Below, piece after piece: positions 16,642 to 27,393 of a stretch of 64,000 nt of DNA. The stretch's first letter is position 1. Each line of letters starts with the position of its first letter. Where the stretch lies: positions 457,773 to 521,772 of the forward strand of contig CAVWAM010000001.1 in the NCBI GenBank assembly GCA_963753005.1, in the 5' to 3' direction. A program made the position numbers and the translations under genes. The stretch comes from an uncultured Acidobacteriaceae bacterium. GTDB taxonomy: Bacteria; Acidobacteriota; Terriglobia; Terriglobales; Acidobacteriaceae. The notes under the pieces are model-generated. The model made no database searches, was not told where the DNA came from, and saw only the letters and a list, made by a program, of their open reading frames with translations.

Positions 16642-17030
16642 ATGTGCCTCGCCATTCCAGGAAAAGTCGAAGAGATTACCAGCGACGGCATGATCCGCGT
16701 AGGCCGCGTCAACTTCGGCGGCGTGGTCAAGAACGTCTGCCTTGACTACGTACCCGAGGTCGAGGTCGGCGACTACACCATCGTCCACGTCGGCTTTGCC
16801 ATCTCCAAGATCGACGAGGAGACCGCCCGGCAAACCCTTGACGACTTCCGCGCCCTGGGTGTGCTCGACGACGAACTGGCCGGCGAGGAAGAGGCCTTTG
16901 CCCGCGCAGCCAACCGGCCGCAATCGAGTTGCCCCGATGGAAGCTGTTGCAATAAATCCAGCCGCGCCGGTTCCAACTCCGCTAGCCCCGCTAACTCCGC
17001 TAGCTCCGCTAACTTCGCTGCCGGCAGCCA

Positions 17031-17034
<4 letters not shown>
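16642..17034 (+). CDS. hypC: Hydrogenase maturation protein HypC/HupF with a ~50-aa C-terminal extension
   Basis: From ATG 16642 it reads [16 protein letters not shown]...[19 protein letters not shown], with the invariant N-terminal Met-Cys. The tail ...[36 protein letters not shown] is partly encoded by a 9-bp repeat array. ATGA overlap with hypD. Confidence 0.9.
16975..17019. repeat. Tandem array of 9-bp units (AACTCCGCT/AGCCCCGCT) inside the hypC 3' end
   Basis: AACTCCGCTAGCCCCGCTAACTCCGCTAGCTCCGCTAACTTCGCT. Same family as 6119-6184 and, in reverse complement, 50531-50566. Confidence 0.9.
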
Positions 17035-18170
<1,136 letters not shown>

Positions 18171-18203
18171 TGTTTCGCTTGCGCCTTTCGAATCCTGAAT
18201 GCT

Positions 18204-18248
18204 GTCATCCTGAGCGGAGGTCGCCCGGACGACCGGAGTCGAAGGGTC
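18204..18248. repeat. REP-like element (GTCATCCTGAGCGGAG-gtcgcccggacgacc-GGAGTCGAAGGGTC)
   Basis: Second copy of the 15954-16032 family, located in the 328-bp hypD-hypE spacer. Further filler motifs follow, such as CCTGCCCTGAGCTTGCCGAAGGGC. Confidence 0.85.
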
Positions 18249-18498
18249 TTCGGTTGTCTTTCGCGAAGAGAAGCGGTCAGGCCGCGGAAGCGATACGCAC
18301 TTTGCTGCAAAGAAGACGATCACAGCGGCACGATGTGTGAGGATACGACTTCAAAGCCTGCCCTGAGCTTGCCGAAGGGCGCCGTAAGCCCGGCCAAACC
18401 AATGCGGGGCCTTAGCCCCTGTGCTCACAGCCTTCGCCTTGGCAAGAAAGGGCTGGAGCTGGAATCAATAAGCTGGAAGTTGGGAGTTCTCGAACGCA

Positions 18499-19551
18499 AT
18501 GCCTGATTTCTCCAATTGGTCCTGCCCTCTCCCGCTCGCCGACTATCCCGCCATCGTGATGGGCCACGGCGGCGGAGGCAAGCTCGGCAATGAGCTGGTC
18601 GAGCACTTGTTTCTGCCGGCCTTCCGCAATCCCGCGCTCGAAAATCTGGGCGATGCCGCGGTGCTTGAAGCGGCTGGCGCGCGGCTTGCGCTCAGCACCG
18701 ATTCATTCGTCGTCCAGCCGCTCTTCTTCCCCGGCGGATCGATCGGCGAACTCGCCGTCAACGGAACGGTGAACGATCTAGCCGTCTCCGGCGCGGAACC
18801 GAAGTTCCTGAGCGCGAGTTTCATCCTGGAAGAAGGATTTGCGCTGGCGCAACTGGCGGCAATTGTGGACGCAATGGCAAAGGCCGCTTCCACAGCGGGC
18901 GTCAAGATCGTCACCGGCGACACCAAAGTCGTCGAGCGCGGCCACGGCGACGGCTGCTACATCACGACCGCGGGCGTGGGTGTGCTGCGCGCCGGCATTC
19001 AGGTCGGCCCGCATCGCGCCCGGCCCGGCGATGCCGTCCTCGTCTCCGGTACCATCGGCGACCACGGCATGGCCATCATGAGCGTGCGCGAGGGCCTCGA
19101 ATTCGAGAGCCCCATCCGCTCCGATTGCGCCGCGCTGAACGGGATGATCGCGCAGGTTCTCGATGCCGCGGGCGCGGCCGTCCACGCCATGCGCGACCCC
19201 ACGCGCGGCGGCCTGGCTTCTACGCTGAATGAGATTGCGCAGGCCTCCGATGTAGGCATCGTCATCGACGAAGCCGGCGTTCCGGTGCGGTTTGAGGTGC
19301 AATCGGCGTGCGAGCTGCTCGGCCTCGACCCGGTCTACGTCGCCAACGAGGGAAAAGCCGTATTCTTTGTCGCGCCGGAAGCCGCGGATCGAGTGCTCTC
19401 GGTCCTGCGCGCCCACCCGCTGGGGAAAGACGCCGCGCGCATCGGCCATGTGACCGCGGAGCACAAACGCATGTTGGTCGCGCGCACCGCCATGGGCGCG
19501 AACCGCGTGATTCCCACCATGATCGGCGAGCAGTTGCCGCGCATCTGCTGA
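18499..19551 (+). CDS. hypE: Hydrogenase maturation protein HypE
   Basis: 350 aa, PurM-like fold protein ending in the diagnostic C-terminal ...PRIC. Confidence 0.95.
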   Translation: MPDFSNWSCPLPLADYPAIVMGHGGGGKLGNELVEHLFLPAFRNPALENLGDAAVLEAAGARLALSTDSFVVQPLFFPGGSIGELAVNGTVNDLAVSGAEPKFLSASFILEEGFALAQLAAIVDAMAKAASTAGVKIVTGDTKVVERGHGDGCYITTAGVGVLRAGIQVGPHRARPGDAVLVSGTIGDHGMAIMSVREGLEFESPIRSDCAALNGMIAQVLDAAGAAVHAMRDPTRGGLASTLNEIAQASDVGIVIDEAGVPVRFEVQSACELLGLDPVYVANEGKAVFFVAPEAADRVLSVLRAHPLGKDAARIGHVTAEHKRMLVARTAMGANRVIPTMIGEQLPRIC

Positions 19552-19813
19552 GTTTGCGACGGTCTTCAGGCGGCCGGAGGGCGGCAAACCAAACTTGTCG
19601 CTCCACCCGGCATGCGCTCTTGTTTTCACCCGAAACAAAAACCCTCTCGATCCAATGAGCGGCTTCTAATTACGCCCGTAAGCGAGGTTCGTTCACCAAC
19701 CAGCCGTTCGCGGCTCAAACGCCCCCATTCCGCGCCGATAGATAAGAAAAGGCTAAGACCGCACACAGCCCACACAAGGCTGCCGGTGGACTGCGCCTTC
19801 TGGAACGATCCAA

Positions 19814-22093
19814 ATGCGCCAACGCATAAGACTCGTCTCATTTCTTGCCGCCGCTCTGCTGCTGGCCGGCCGCACAAGTTGCGCGCGCAATGTGGCTCCG
19901 GGCGATTCCAGCGCACTTGCCTCCGCCTCGACGGCGGTTCCGGCAGATCGCCCCGCCGATCCCGCCGTCCGCGCGGCGCTGCCCATTGACGAATCGCAGA
20001 GCGTCACCCTCGAAGGCAATGTGCATCCGCTGGCGCGGGCCGAATTCGACCAGGGCGCAGTGAATCCCGGCGCGCGGCTGGACCGGCTGCTGCTGTTGCT
20101 CAAACCCTCCGCGTCGCAACAGGCCGCGCTTGATGAACTGGTCGCGGCGCAGCAGAATCCGCATTCGCCGCTCTATCATCGCTGGCTTACGCCGGCCGAG
20201 TTTGGCGCACGTTTCGGCGCGGGCGGTGCGGCTCTGGCGCAGGCCACCGCGTGGCTCGCGGCGCACGGTTTCACGGTGGAGGAGATTCCGGCCGGCCAAA
20301 GGCTGGTGGTGTTTTCCGGAACCGCCGGTCAGGTGCTCGACGCCTTCCACACGGAACTGCACCGCTATCGCGTGGACGGCGTGGATCACATCGCCAACGC
20401 CGAGGATCCGCAGATTCCCGCTGCGCTGGCCGGCATAGTGGCAGGCGTGGTTTCGCTCCACGACTTCCGACGCAAGCCGGAGATTCGGGCCGAAACTCCG
20501 CTCGCCGCGCTGCCGCAGTACTCGGCCGGCGGCACGCATTATCTGTTCCCGGCGGACTTCGCCACGATCTACGACCTGAATCCGCTGTACAGCGCGGGGA
20601 CGAATGGGACCGGCAGCTCGATCGCCATCGCCGCGCGCAGCAACATCAAGCTGAGCGACGTGGATACGTTTCGTTCCATGGCCGGTTTGGCGGCCAACGA
20701 TCCCACGGTGATTCTCGACGGCGCGAATCCGGGATGGGTGAAGAACGATCAGGACGAGTCGACGCTGGACGCGGAGTGGAGCGGCGCGGTGGCGCCGGCG
20801 GCGGCGGTCCGCCTCGTCGTTGCGGCCACAACGGCGACAACCGACGGCGTGGACCTGGCGGCCGCATATATCGTGAACCGCAGAACGGCGCCGGTGCTGA
20901 GCCTGAGCTATAGCAGTTGCGAGCAGGAGATGGGCGCGGCGGAGCTGGCTTTCTACAACAGCCTGTGGGAGCAGGCGGCGAGCCAGGGGATGAGCGTCTT
21001 TGTGGCTTCGGGCGATGCGGGCGCGGCCGGCTGCTCCGCGGATACCGCCGGTGCGGGATCGCAGGCCGCGGTAAATGGATTGTGCAGTTCGCCGTACTCC
21101 ACCTGCGTGGGCGGCACGGAGTTCAACGAAGAATCGGATTCCGCGGAGTACTGGTCCACGTCGAACTCGGCGGGTTACGGGTCGGCGCTCGGCTACATTC
21201 CCGAAAAGGTGTGGAACGAGAGCGCGTTGGACGGCGGAACAGGACTGTGGGCTTCAGGCGGGGGCGCCAGCGTGGTCTATGCCCAGCCATCCTGGCAAGA
21301 GGGGGTGAACGGAACCAGCGCGGCCAACGGCATGAGAGCCGTCCCCGACGTGGCGCTGGCGGCTGCCGATCACGACGGCTACTTCCTGGTGGAGAACGGA
21401 TCGTATTTGATCGTTTCGGGAACGTCTGTCGCCTCGCCGTCATTTGCCGGCCTGATGGCGCTTGTGGTGGAGAAGCAGGGCGGTACGGGGCAAGGAAGCG
21501 CCAATGCCGGGCTCTATGCGCTCCTCGATGCAACGTCCAATCCCTTTCACTCCACGCCTTCGGGGAATAACAGCGTTCCGGGCGTCGCGGGGTTCACGGC
21601 CAGCGGCGCGGATTACAACCTGGCCACCGGGCTGGGATCGGTGGATGGCGCGTTGCTGGTGAACGAATGGGGCGCGGAGGTAGAGCCTCCAACACTGACG
21701 CTGACAGCAAAGGTGCAATCGGTCACCGTGCCCCAGAGCGGCTCGGCGGCCGTTGCCTTCACGGCCGTCACCGGAGGATCCTTTGCCGGGAGCATCGCCT
21801 TCACAGTGAGAGGTCTGCCTTCGGGCGTATCGGCTGCGTGGTCCGCGAATCCGCTTACGCCTGCCGCTGGTCCGAGCACAAACAGCGCGACCCTGACTTT
21901 GACGGTTTCCCCGGAAGCATCTGCCGGCGCTTCGACCCTAGCCGTCACGGCTGCGGGCGATGGGCTGGCGTCAACCCAGAGCGTGACTGTGCTGATCCAG
22001 GAGCGCGCGGCAAGCTGTTCCCGGTTCAGTCTGCTGCCTGCGCGATGCAAGCCTCCAGCGCGGACGCCGATTCGGCGAGCCGGTTCGCCATAG
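19814..22093 (+). CDS. Secreted S53 (sedolisin/kumamolisin-like) serine protease with a C-terminal Ig-like region
   Basis: 759 aa. Signal peptide, a pro-kumamolisin-type activation domain (LDRLLLLLKPSASQQAALDELVAAQQNPHSPLYHRWLTPAEF) and the catalytic SGTSVASPSFAGL. Confidence 0.85.
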   Translation: MRQRIRLVSFLAAALLLAGRTSCARNVAPGDSSALASASTAVPADRPADPAVRAALPIDESQSVTLEGNVHPLARAEFDQGAVNPGARLDRLLLLLKPSASQQAALDELVAAQQNPHSPLYHRWLTPAEFGARFGAGGAALAQATAWLAAHGFTVEEIPAGQRLVVFSGTAGQVLDAFHTELHRYRVDGVDHIANAEDPQIPAALAGIVAGVVSLHDFRRKPEIRAETPLAALPQYSAGGTHYLFPADFATIYDLNPLYSAGTNGTGSSIAIAARSNIKLSDVDTFRSMAGLAANDPTVILDGANPGWVKNDQDESTLDAEWSGAVAPAAAVRLVVAATTATTDGVDLAAAYIVNRRTAPVLSLSYSSCEQEMGAAELAFYNSLWEQAASQGMSVFVASGDAGAAGCSADTAGAGSQAAVNGLCSSPYSTCVGGTEFNEESDSAEYWSTSNSAGYGSALGYIPEKVWNESALDGGTGLWASGGGASVVYAQPSWQEGVNGTSAANGMRAVPDVALAAADHDGYFLVENGSYLIVSGTSVASPSFAGLMALVVEKQGGTGQGSANAGLYALLDATSNPFHSTPSGNNSVPGVAGFTASGADYNLATGLGSVDGALLVNEWGAEVEPPTLTLTAKVQSVTVPQSGSAAVAFTAVTGGSFAGSIAFTVRGLPSGVSAAWSANPLTPAAGPSTNSATLTLTVSPEASAGASTLAVTAAGDGLASTQSVTVLIQERAASCSRFSLLPARCKPPARTPIRRAGSP

Positions 22094-22129
22094 GATTCCG
22101 CTTCGAAGTGCTTCAGATGACCGGAGCGC

Positions 22130-22951
22130 TTATTGGAAAAGCGCAAAGGCCTTTTCGATCCGCGTGGGCAGCGCGGCAGGAGCGTCAGGGAGCGTTTGAC
22201 TGATCTCGAGGACGGTTGCTGGCGGCGAGGCAAGCGCTTTGAGGGCTTTGACGGTGGCCGGCCAATCGATCGCGCCGTCGCCCGGCCACAGATGTTCGTC
22301 CTTCACGGCGTGGTTGTCGTGAACGTGAACCGAGACAATGCGGCTGCCGAGGGTCGCGATGGCTTCCGCGGTTCCGACAGTGATATTCGCATGACCGAGA
22401 TCGAGGCACACGCCGACATTGTCCAGGTGGCCCAGTTCGAGGATGCTGACCAGATGTTCGGGGGTGGTGGGTTCACTCAGCAGGTTTTCGACGAGCAGGC
22501 GGACGCCGAGCGGACGGGCGAAGGCGCCCAGGTGTTCCAGAGCGGTGACGGCATACTCGATGGTGCGTGGCGACCAGGTATCGTCCCGCTCGCCAAGATG
22601 AACCACGAGGTTGCGCAACGGAATGTGCTCGGCGGACTCGAGCGCCCGCTTGATTTCATCCATGGCGTCGATGCGGCGGGCTTTTCCCGGGTGCAGCACA
22701 TTCACCCCCGGCGCGCCGGCGCGGCCCATCTCGTAGTCAGGATAGAGCGGGGCGTGCATGGAGAAGGCCTCGAGCGAACTGGAGCGGAACCACTCGCCAA
22801 ATTCGGCGACGATCTCGCGGCTGGTGTAGTCGAAGTGTTGCCGCGCGGCAAAAATCTCCACGGCCTGCGCGCCGGAGCGCTCCGCGAGCTCGAGCAGGCC
22901 CGGGTGCAGGCGATGGTTCAGGAACAGATGGGTCGATAAAACGCGCAACAT
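22130..22951 (-). CDS. Sugar phosphate isomerase/epimerase (xylose isomerase-like TIM barrel)
   Basis: The ORF 22130..23092 was trimmed to ATG 22951 (MLRVLSTHLFL...). Family-typical motifs are LVVHLG, GVCLDLGH and HVHDN. Confidence 0.75.
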   Translation of the reverse strand: MLRVLSTHLFLNHRLHPGLLELAERSGAQAVEIFAARQHFDYTSREIVAEFGEWFRSSSLEAFSMHAPLYPDYEMGRAGAPGVNVLHPGKARRIDAMDEIKRALESAEHIPLRNLVVHLGERDDTWSPRTIEYAVTALEHLGAFARPLGVRLLVENLLSEPTTPEHLVSILELGHLDNVGVCLDLGHANITVGTAEAIATLGSRIVSVHVHDNHAVKDEHLWPGDGAIDWPATVKALKALASPPATVLEISQTLPDAPAALPTRIEKAFALFQ

Positions 22952-23202
22952 CTCGAATAGGCCCCTGGCGCGGTGACTGTGTGACGCAGACCCGACGCTA
23001 TTGTTATTCTCGCATCCTGGCAAGGGTTTCCCGCGGAGCCGCTGTTGCGATGGATGGTTCGGGATGGAAATGCGTTCCGCGCTTGAGATCACGCTTGCAA
23101 TGCGAACGATCCTTGCGGGCCGCTGCGCGAATCGCTCGGCGCTGACCGTCTATCATCAAAACGAAGAACCTGCCGTCGAGCGGTTCCTGGGAGTTTGAAC
23201 GC

Positions 23203-23691
23203 GTGGACGATGTTTTCTGGATCGAAGGAACTCCGTCTGGCGGCTTGGCCATTGTGCTGCGGCCGCGCGGTGACGATGGGCTCCAGGACGAACTGCTGCA
23301 CATCAAGCAGAGCGGAGTGGAAACGCTGGTTTCACTGCTCGAACCGAACGAGGCAAGCTGGCTCGGCCTTCGTGATGAAGGGCGCCTCGCCGAACAGGTG
23401 GGAATGTGCTTCCTCTCCTACCCGATTCTCGACGTGCATGTGCCGCCCGATATGGATACTTTTCGAGATTTCGTGGCTGGTTTGGCGGATCGTCTTCGTG
23501 CCGGCGAGCGCATCGGCGTGCACTGCCGGGGAAGTATCGGCAGGTCCACTGTGACCGCGGCGTGTACGCTGATCCATCTGGGCTGGAAGGCGGGTGACGC
23601 CCTGTCGGCAATTCAGGCAGCGCGCGGTTGCGTGGTGCCCGATACCACGGAACAACTGCGCTGGATTCTGAACTACAAGGCGCAGCCGTGA
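23203..23691 (+). CDS. Cys-based protein phosphatase (dual-specificity/PTP-like)
   Basis: 162 aa. The HCxxGxxR(S/T) P-loop is present as VHCRGSIGRST. Confidence 0.8.
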   Translation: MDDVFWIEGTPSGGLAIVLRPRGDDGLQDELLHIKQSGVETLVSLLEPNEASWLGLRDEGRLAEQVGMCFLSYPILDVHVPPDMDTFRDFVAGLADRLRAGERIGVHCRGSIGRSTVTAACTLIHLGWKAGDALSAIQAARGCVVPDTTEQLRWILNYKAQP

Positions 23692-24287
23692 CGTTGCCCG
23701 GACCCACCATCGACCTCAGCTTTCCGCATCGCTGGCAGGCCGAAGTGCTTGCGACGCGGCCGCTGATTCTGCCGCCGCGCCATTTTGTTTATCCGCGAGC
23801 GGCTGAGGAGGTGGAGCGCGGCGCGCTGGAGGTGCTGATCCGGCCAGCCGCTCCGGAAGCGCAGCCGTTCCTGGCCACCTGCGCTCTGGGGTTTCACGAT
23901 CCGGCTGCTCCGACCGGGCTGTGGTCGGCTCCAAATCCGGAAGAAATCTGCGCGGTTGCGGGAGGGTATGCGTACCTGATCGACACCACGGCGCCGGAGC
24001 GCTTCACGATGCTTCCTTACCGACCGGTGCTGGAGATTCGGCCGCTGGTGCGGGAGGGTCTGTTGCTGTTCGTTGGCCATCATTCAATTCTGGCGTGGGG
24101 GCGCGACGGGCAGGCGTGGGAGTCGGAGAAGCTCTCGGATGAAGGTGTGACGATCGCCGAAGTTGACGGCGGCGTGCTGCGCGGAATGGGTTGGGAGATG
24201 CAGAGCGATCGCGAGAGGCCGTTTGCGCTTGATCTGCGGAGCGGGCGCCGCATCCTGCCCGCTCCTAATCCAAGATCAGACCTTTAA
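23688..24287 (+). CDS. Hypothetical protein, translationally coupled to the phosphatase
   Basis: ORF 23628..24287. The likely start is GTG 23688, overlapping the phosphatase stop (GTGA). 199 aa, beta-rich by eye (GGYAYLIDT, LLLFVGHHSILAWG, VTIAEVDGGVLRGMGWE). No family recognised. Confidence 0.55.
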   Translation: MTLPGPTIDLSFPHRWQAEVLATRPLILPPRHFVYPRAAEEVERGALEVLIRPAAPEAQPFLATCALGFHDPAAPTGLWSAPNPEEICAVAGGYAYLIDTTAPERFTMLPYRPVLEIRPLVREGLLLFVGHHSILAWGRDGQAWESEKLSDEGVTIAEVDGGVLRGMGWEMQSDRERPFALDLRSGRRILPAPNPRSDL

Positions 24288-25630
24288 TATGTCTTGAAGT
24301 TCACCTCAATACTCAATGCGACGGCAACCGGTTTCTCCGCTCGTTTTGCAGGGGCGAAGCGATACTGCTCGACAGCTTTGATCGCTTGTGCATCGAAATC
24401 AGGAGCAAAAGAACGCACAACGTGGACATTACGAGGCATTCCTGATGAATCAACGATGAGCCCGAGCAGCACGATCCCGTTGACCGGCTTCTTGCTGTGG
24501 CGCGCCGACTTTGGGAATTTTGCTTCGACGGATTTGAGTACGACTGGCGCGGTGACATCTTTGCCGACTTTGTAGATGTGGCCGTACGGGCTTGCCTGGT
24601 TTGAATTTTGCGAAGGCGATTGCGGCTCGATGACGACCGCCATTGCCGCTGCGCCAATAGTTGCGGACAGAAGGAAGAGCATTGCAGGAAAGATTAGGCC
24701 ATATTTCAGGACGCAACTGACTTGCCGCTTCTTGAGGTTCATACGCATGATTCGTTTCTCCAGAATGTTGGCATCGAAGATACCGATGGCGTGTGCAGTG
24801 GAAACCCGCGAGGCAATGGCCACCATGCCAGCGAGCCGTAAGAGTGAGTGAGCGTAGGTGCGTGAATCGACGGCTCTTTCCGTGACGATGCCGTCGCAGA
24901 CCATCTCGCGCGTCTGAGCGATTTGGGCTTTGATTGCCCATAAGGCGGGGTGGAAGGCAAGGACGAGACTTACCGCCTCATAGATGAGATTTTTCTGGAA
25001 GTCGCGCCGTTTAGCGTGCGCGCATTCATGGGCCAGCGCAGTAAGAAGCTCGGGCGGTGTACAGCGCGCGGTGAACCCGGCCGGCACGAGCAACACAGGC
25101 TCGCGCCATCCCAGAACGACGGGGCCTGAAATCTCCGGGGAGCTGAGGATGCGGGCGTTGCTTAACGAAAATATTTGCTTGCAATCACGCCATATTTCAT
25201 CCTGCTGAGGCGTCAAAAGCAGCGGGCGGGCGCTTCGAAGCAACACTGAAGTACGGTGCAATGACCACGCTAGCTTCACAGCGAAATAGAGCAGCGACCC
25301 GAGGTAGAGCGCCGATAAAGGCCACACGACGGCCGCAGGCAGGAAATAGAAGCCTTTGAGGGTTGTTCCACCGCTTGGGGAGGAGGCAAGCGCGATTGAA
25401 AGATGCCCGCTCGCGTAGCTTCGCATGGGGAGAAGAGAGAACAGTGAACGGAGGAGGGGAGCCGCAGGGGCGAGAATTGCGATCGCCAAAGTTGAAACCC
25501 AAGCTACGTGTTCTGCTCGCGAGCCGAGCCTCTTGAGCAGGCGGGTTGCCAGCCACCCGGCTCCGGCAATCAAGGTAACTTCCCAAACAGAATTGATCAG
25601 ATAAGAGACGATGAATCCAGTGCTACTCAT
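24284..25630 (-). CDS. BlaR1/MecR1-like M56 metallopeptidase sensor with a C-terminal TonB-type domain
   Basis: 448 aa with N-terminal TM helices and the HExxH motif in LAHECAHAKRRD. The C-terminus (...GIVLLGLIVDSSGMPRNVHVVRSFAPDFDAQAIKAVEQYRFAPAKR...) resembles a TonB C-terminal domain. Overlaps the blaI-like stop by 8 nt. Confidence 0.8.
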   Translation of the reverse strand: MSSTGFIVSYLINSVWEVTLIAGAGWLATRLLKRLGSRAEHVAWVSTLAIAILAPAAPLLRSLFSLLPMRSYASGHLSIALASSPSGGTTLKGFYFLPAAVVWPLSALYLGSLLYFAVKLAWSLHRTSVLLRSARPLLLTPQQDEIWRDCKQIFSLSNARILSSPEISGPVVLGWREPVLLVPAGFTARCTPPELLTALAHECAHAKRRDFQKNLIYEAVSLVLAFHPALWAIKAQIAQTREMVCDGIVTERAVDSRTYAHSLLRLAGMVAIASRVSTAHAIGIFDANILEKRIMRMNLKKRQVSCVLKYGLIFPAMLFLLSATIGAAAMAVVIEPQSPSQNSNQASPYGHIYKVGKDVTAPVVLKSVEAKFPKSARHSKKPVNGIVLLGLIVDSSGMPRNVHVVRSFAPDFDAQAIKAVEQYRFAPAKRAEKPVAVALSIEVNFKTY

Positions 25631-26024
25631 CGCGGTCTCCTTCTTGCTGAGCCGCCAACCGTTGGCTCAACTCCGCAATCTTTTCCAGATCGACCTGCCG
25701 GCTTTTGATCAGGCTCATCACGAGTTCTTCAGGCGATCCTCCGAACATCCGGTCGACGAGGTCCCGAACCGCATGGCCAAGAACCTTTTCCCTGGAGGAG
25801 ACTGCGCGATAGAAATAGGCACGCCCCTTCAAGACACGCCGGACCCTGCCCTTGCGCTGGAGGATATTCAGCATGGTCTGGACGGTGTTATATGCAAGAT
25901 CGTCTTCGGGCATCAGGCGTTTTTGCACGTTCAGTACATTGCTTGGCCCTTCGCTCCAAAGAACCTGCATGATTTTGAGCTCGAGAGGTGTAAGGGACTT
26001 GAACCCCGGTCTGCGCCCCGTCAT
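25623..26024 (-). CDS. BlaI/MecI/CopY-family transcriptional repressor
   Basis: 133 aa. LTPLELKIMQVLWSEGPSNVLNVQKRL...YNTVQTMLNILQRKGRV is a winged-helix Penicillinase_R-type domain. Confidence 0.85.
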   Translation of the reverse strand: MTGRRPGFKSLTPLELKIMQVLWSEGPSNVLNVQKRLMPEDDLAYNTVQTMLNILQRKGRVRRVLKGRAYFYRAVSSREKVLGHAVRDLVDRMFGGSPEELVMSLIKSRQVDLEKIAELSQRLAAQQEGDRDE

Positions 26025-26074
26025 CGTTTCTCCTAAACAAATAGGAGTATAGGACCGTCGCGGGAGTTTGTCAA

Positions 26075-26088
26075 CCTAAATATTTAGG
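26075..26088. promoter_or_regulatory. Perfect 14-bp palindrome CCTAAATATTTAGG upstream of the blaI-like operon
   Basis: Lies 51 bp upstream of the blaI-like ATG. The region also holds two TAGGA-N-TATAGG direct repeats (26041-26054 and 26083-26096), about 42 bp apart. Confidence 0.4.
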
Positions 26089-26107
26089 ATATAGGCGCGG
26101 GCGGTCT

Positions 26108-27307
26108 CTATACGGCCTTGGCGGCCGCCATCCTCGCGGGCAGGATGGTTTCATAATTCCTGTAGATGCCTTCAAACACGGAATCCCAACTGGCAGTGAG
26201 GGCGTAAGCGTGCGCAGCCTGGCGCATTTGTGCAAGACGGGCGGGATCGGCGAGGAGACCGGCTATAGCCTCAGCAAACTGATCGTCGGGAACAATGCGG
26301 CCGGTTTCCCCGTCGCGCACAATCGTCTTTGGGCCGCCGTCGGGGGTGACGATGGCGGGCACGCCGCTGGCCAGCGCCTCAAGCACGACGTTGCCAAAGG
26401 TGTCGGTGTGCGAGGGGAAGACGAAGAAGTCCATATTGGCGTAGGCGGCTGAAAGCGCTTCTCCGTGCAAAACGCCAGTGAATTCAGCTCGCGCCAGACG
26501 CTCGCGCAGCCAGGCTTCGTCGCCACCGTGGCCGACGATGAGAAAGCGGATGTTCGTCATGCCCATGCGGTCCAGCTCCTGCTGAATCTGCACGAGGAGG
26601 CCAATGTTTTTCTCGATGGAGAGGCGGCCGACGAAACCGAGGATGCGGTCGCGGTCCTCGGGATTGCGCGTGCGTTTGGAGGGATGGAAGAGTTCCGCGT
26701 CAACGCCGCGTGGCATTAGATGGCAGGGGCGGCCGGTGGTGCGCTCGAGGAGCGCGCAAAGTTCAGCATTGGGCGCGAACAATACCTGCGCCGCAGAATA
26801 GAACCTTGCCGCAGCCGCCATGGCCAGGTCCTCGATCTTCTGGCCAGTCGCGGCGGATTGGCGCTCGGGCAGCAGGCGCAGGAACCAGCTCGCGCGGCGT
26901 ACGGCGTACTCGTGGACGTTGGTGTGCCAGCTCGCCGCGAGTGGCCGGTGAAGATGGTGCGCGAGTCCGGCGCCCAGGATTCCGATCTCGCTGGGGCCAG
27001 TGATGTGGATCAAGTCCGGTCGGAAACGCTCGAGCACTTCGCTGATCAGAGGAATGTGCCGAAAAAAGGCGGGATCGAGGCGCAGATCCTTTTCGAGAGC
27101 GAAGGAGAGAAAGCCGCGAGGCAGCTCGAGGGTCCAAACATTGCCATTTTCCACCAAAGCTTGCGGCCGCTCCCCGGCGCGCACGCAAAGAAAGGGGAGC
27201 TTGCGCCGCCGTGCGAAGGCCTCAAAGTGGCGGCTGGTGTGGGCCACTCCATTCACTTCGTGGAACGAATCGGGAAAGTATGCGACGCGCGGGAGGGGAG
27301 CGGCCAT
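26108..27307 (-). CDS. GT4-family (GT-B) glycosyltransferase
   Basis: ORF 26108..27373; probable start is ATG 27307 (MAAPLPRVAYFPDSFHEVNGVAHTS...). The C-terminal half has the GT1/GT4 motif FVFPSHTDTFGNVVLEALASGVP. Confidence 0.85.
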   Translation of the reverse strand: MAAPLPRVAYFPDSFHEVNGVAHTSRHFEAFARRRKLPFLCVRAGERPQALVENGNVWTLELPRGFLSFALEKDLRLDPAFFRHIPLISEVLERFRPDLIHITGPSEIGILGAGLAHHLHRPLAASWHTNVHEYAVRRASWFLRLLPERQSAATGQKIEDLAMAAAARFYSAAQVLFAPNAELCALLERTTGRPCHLMPRGVDAELFHPSKRTRNPEDRDRILGFVGRLSIEKNIGLLVQIQQELDRMGMTNIRFLIVGHGGDEAWLRERLARAEFTGVLHGEALSAAYANMDFFVFPSHTDTFGNVVLEALASGVPAIVTPDGGPKTIVRDGETGRIVPDDQFAEAIAGLLADPARLAQMRQAAHAYALTASWDSVFEGIYRNYETILPARMAAAKAV

Positions 27308-27393
27308 AATGCGAGTGGAGCTGGCAGAGTCAGTACAAGCGACGGAGGTGTCTTTGCCAGCTCCGCGAACCACGCCAACTCCGTTGCTCTTAG

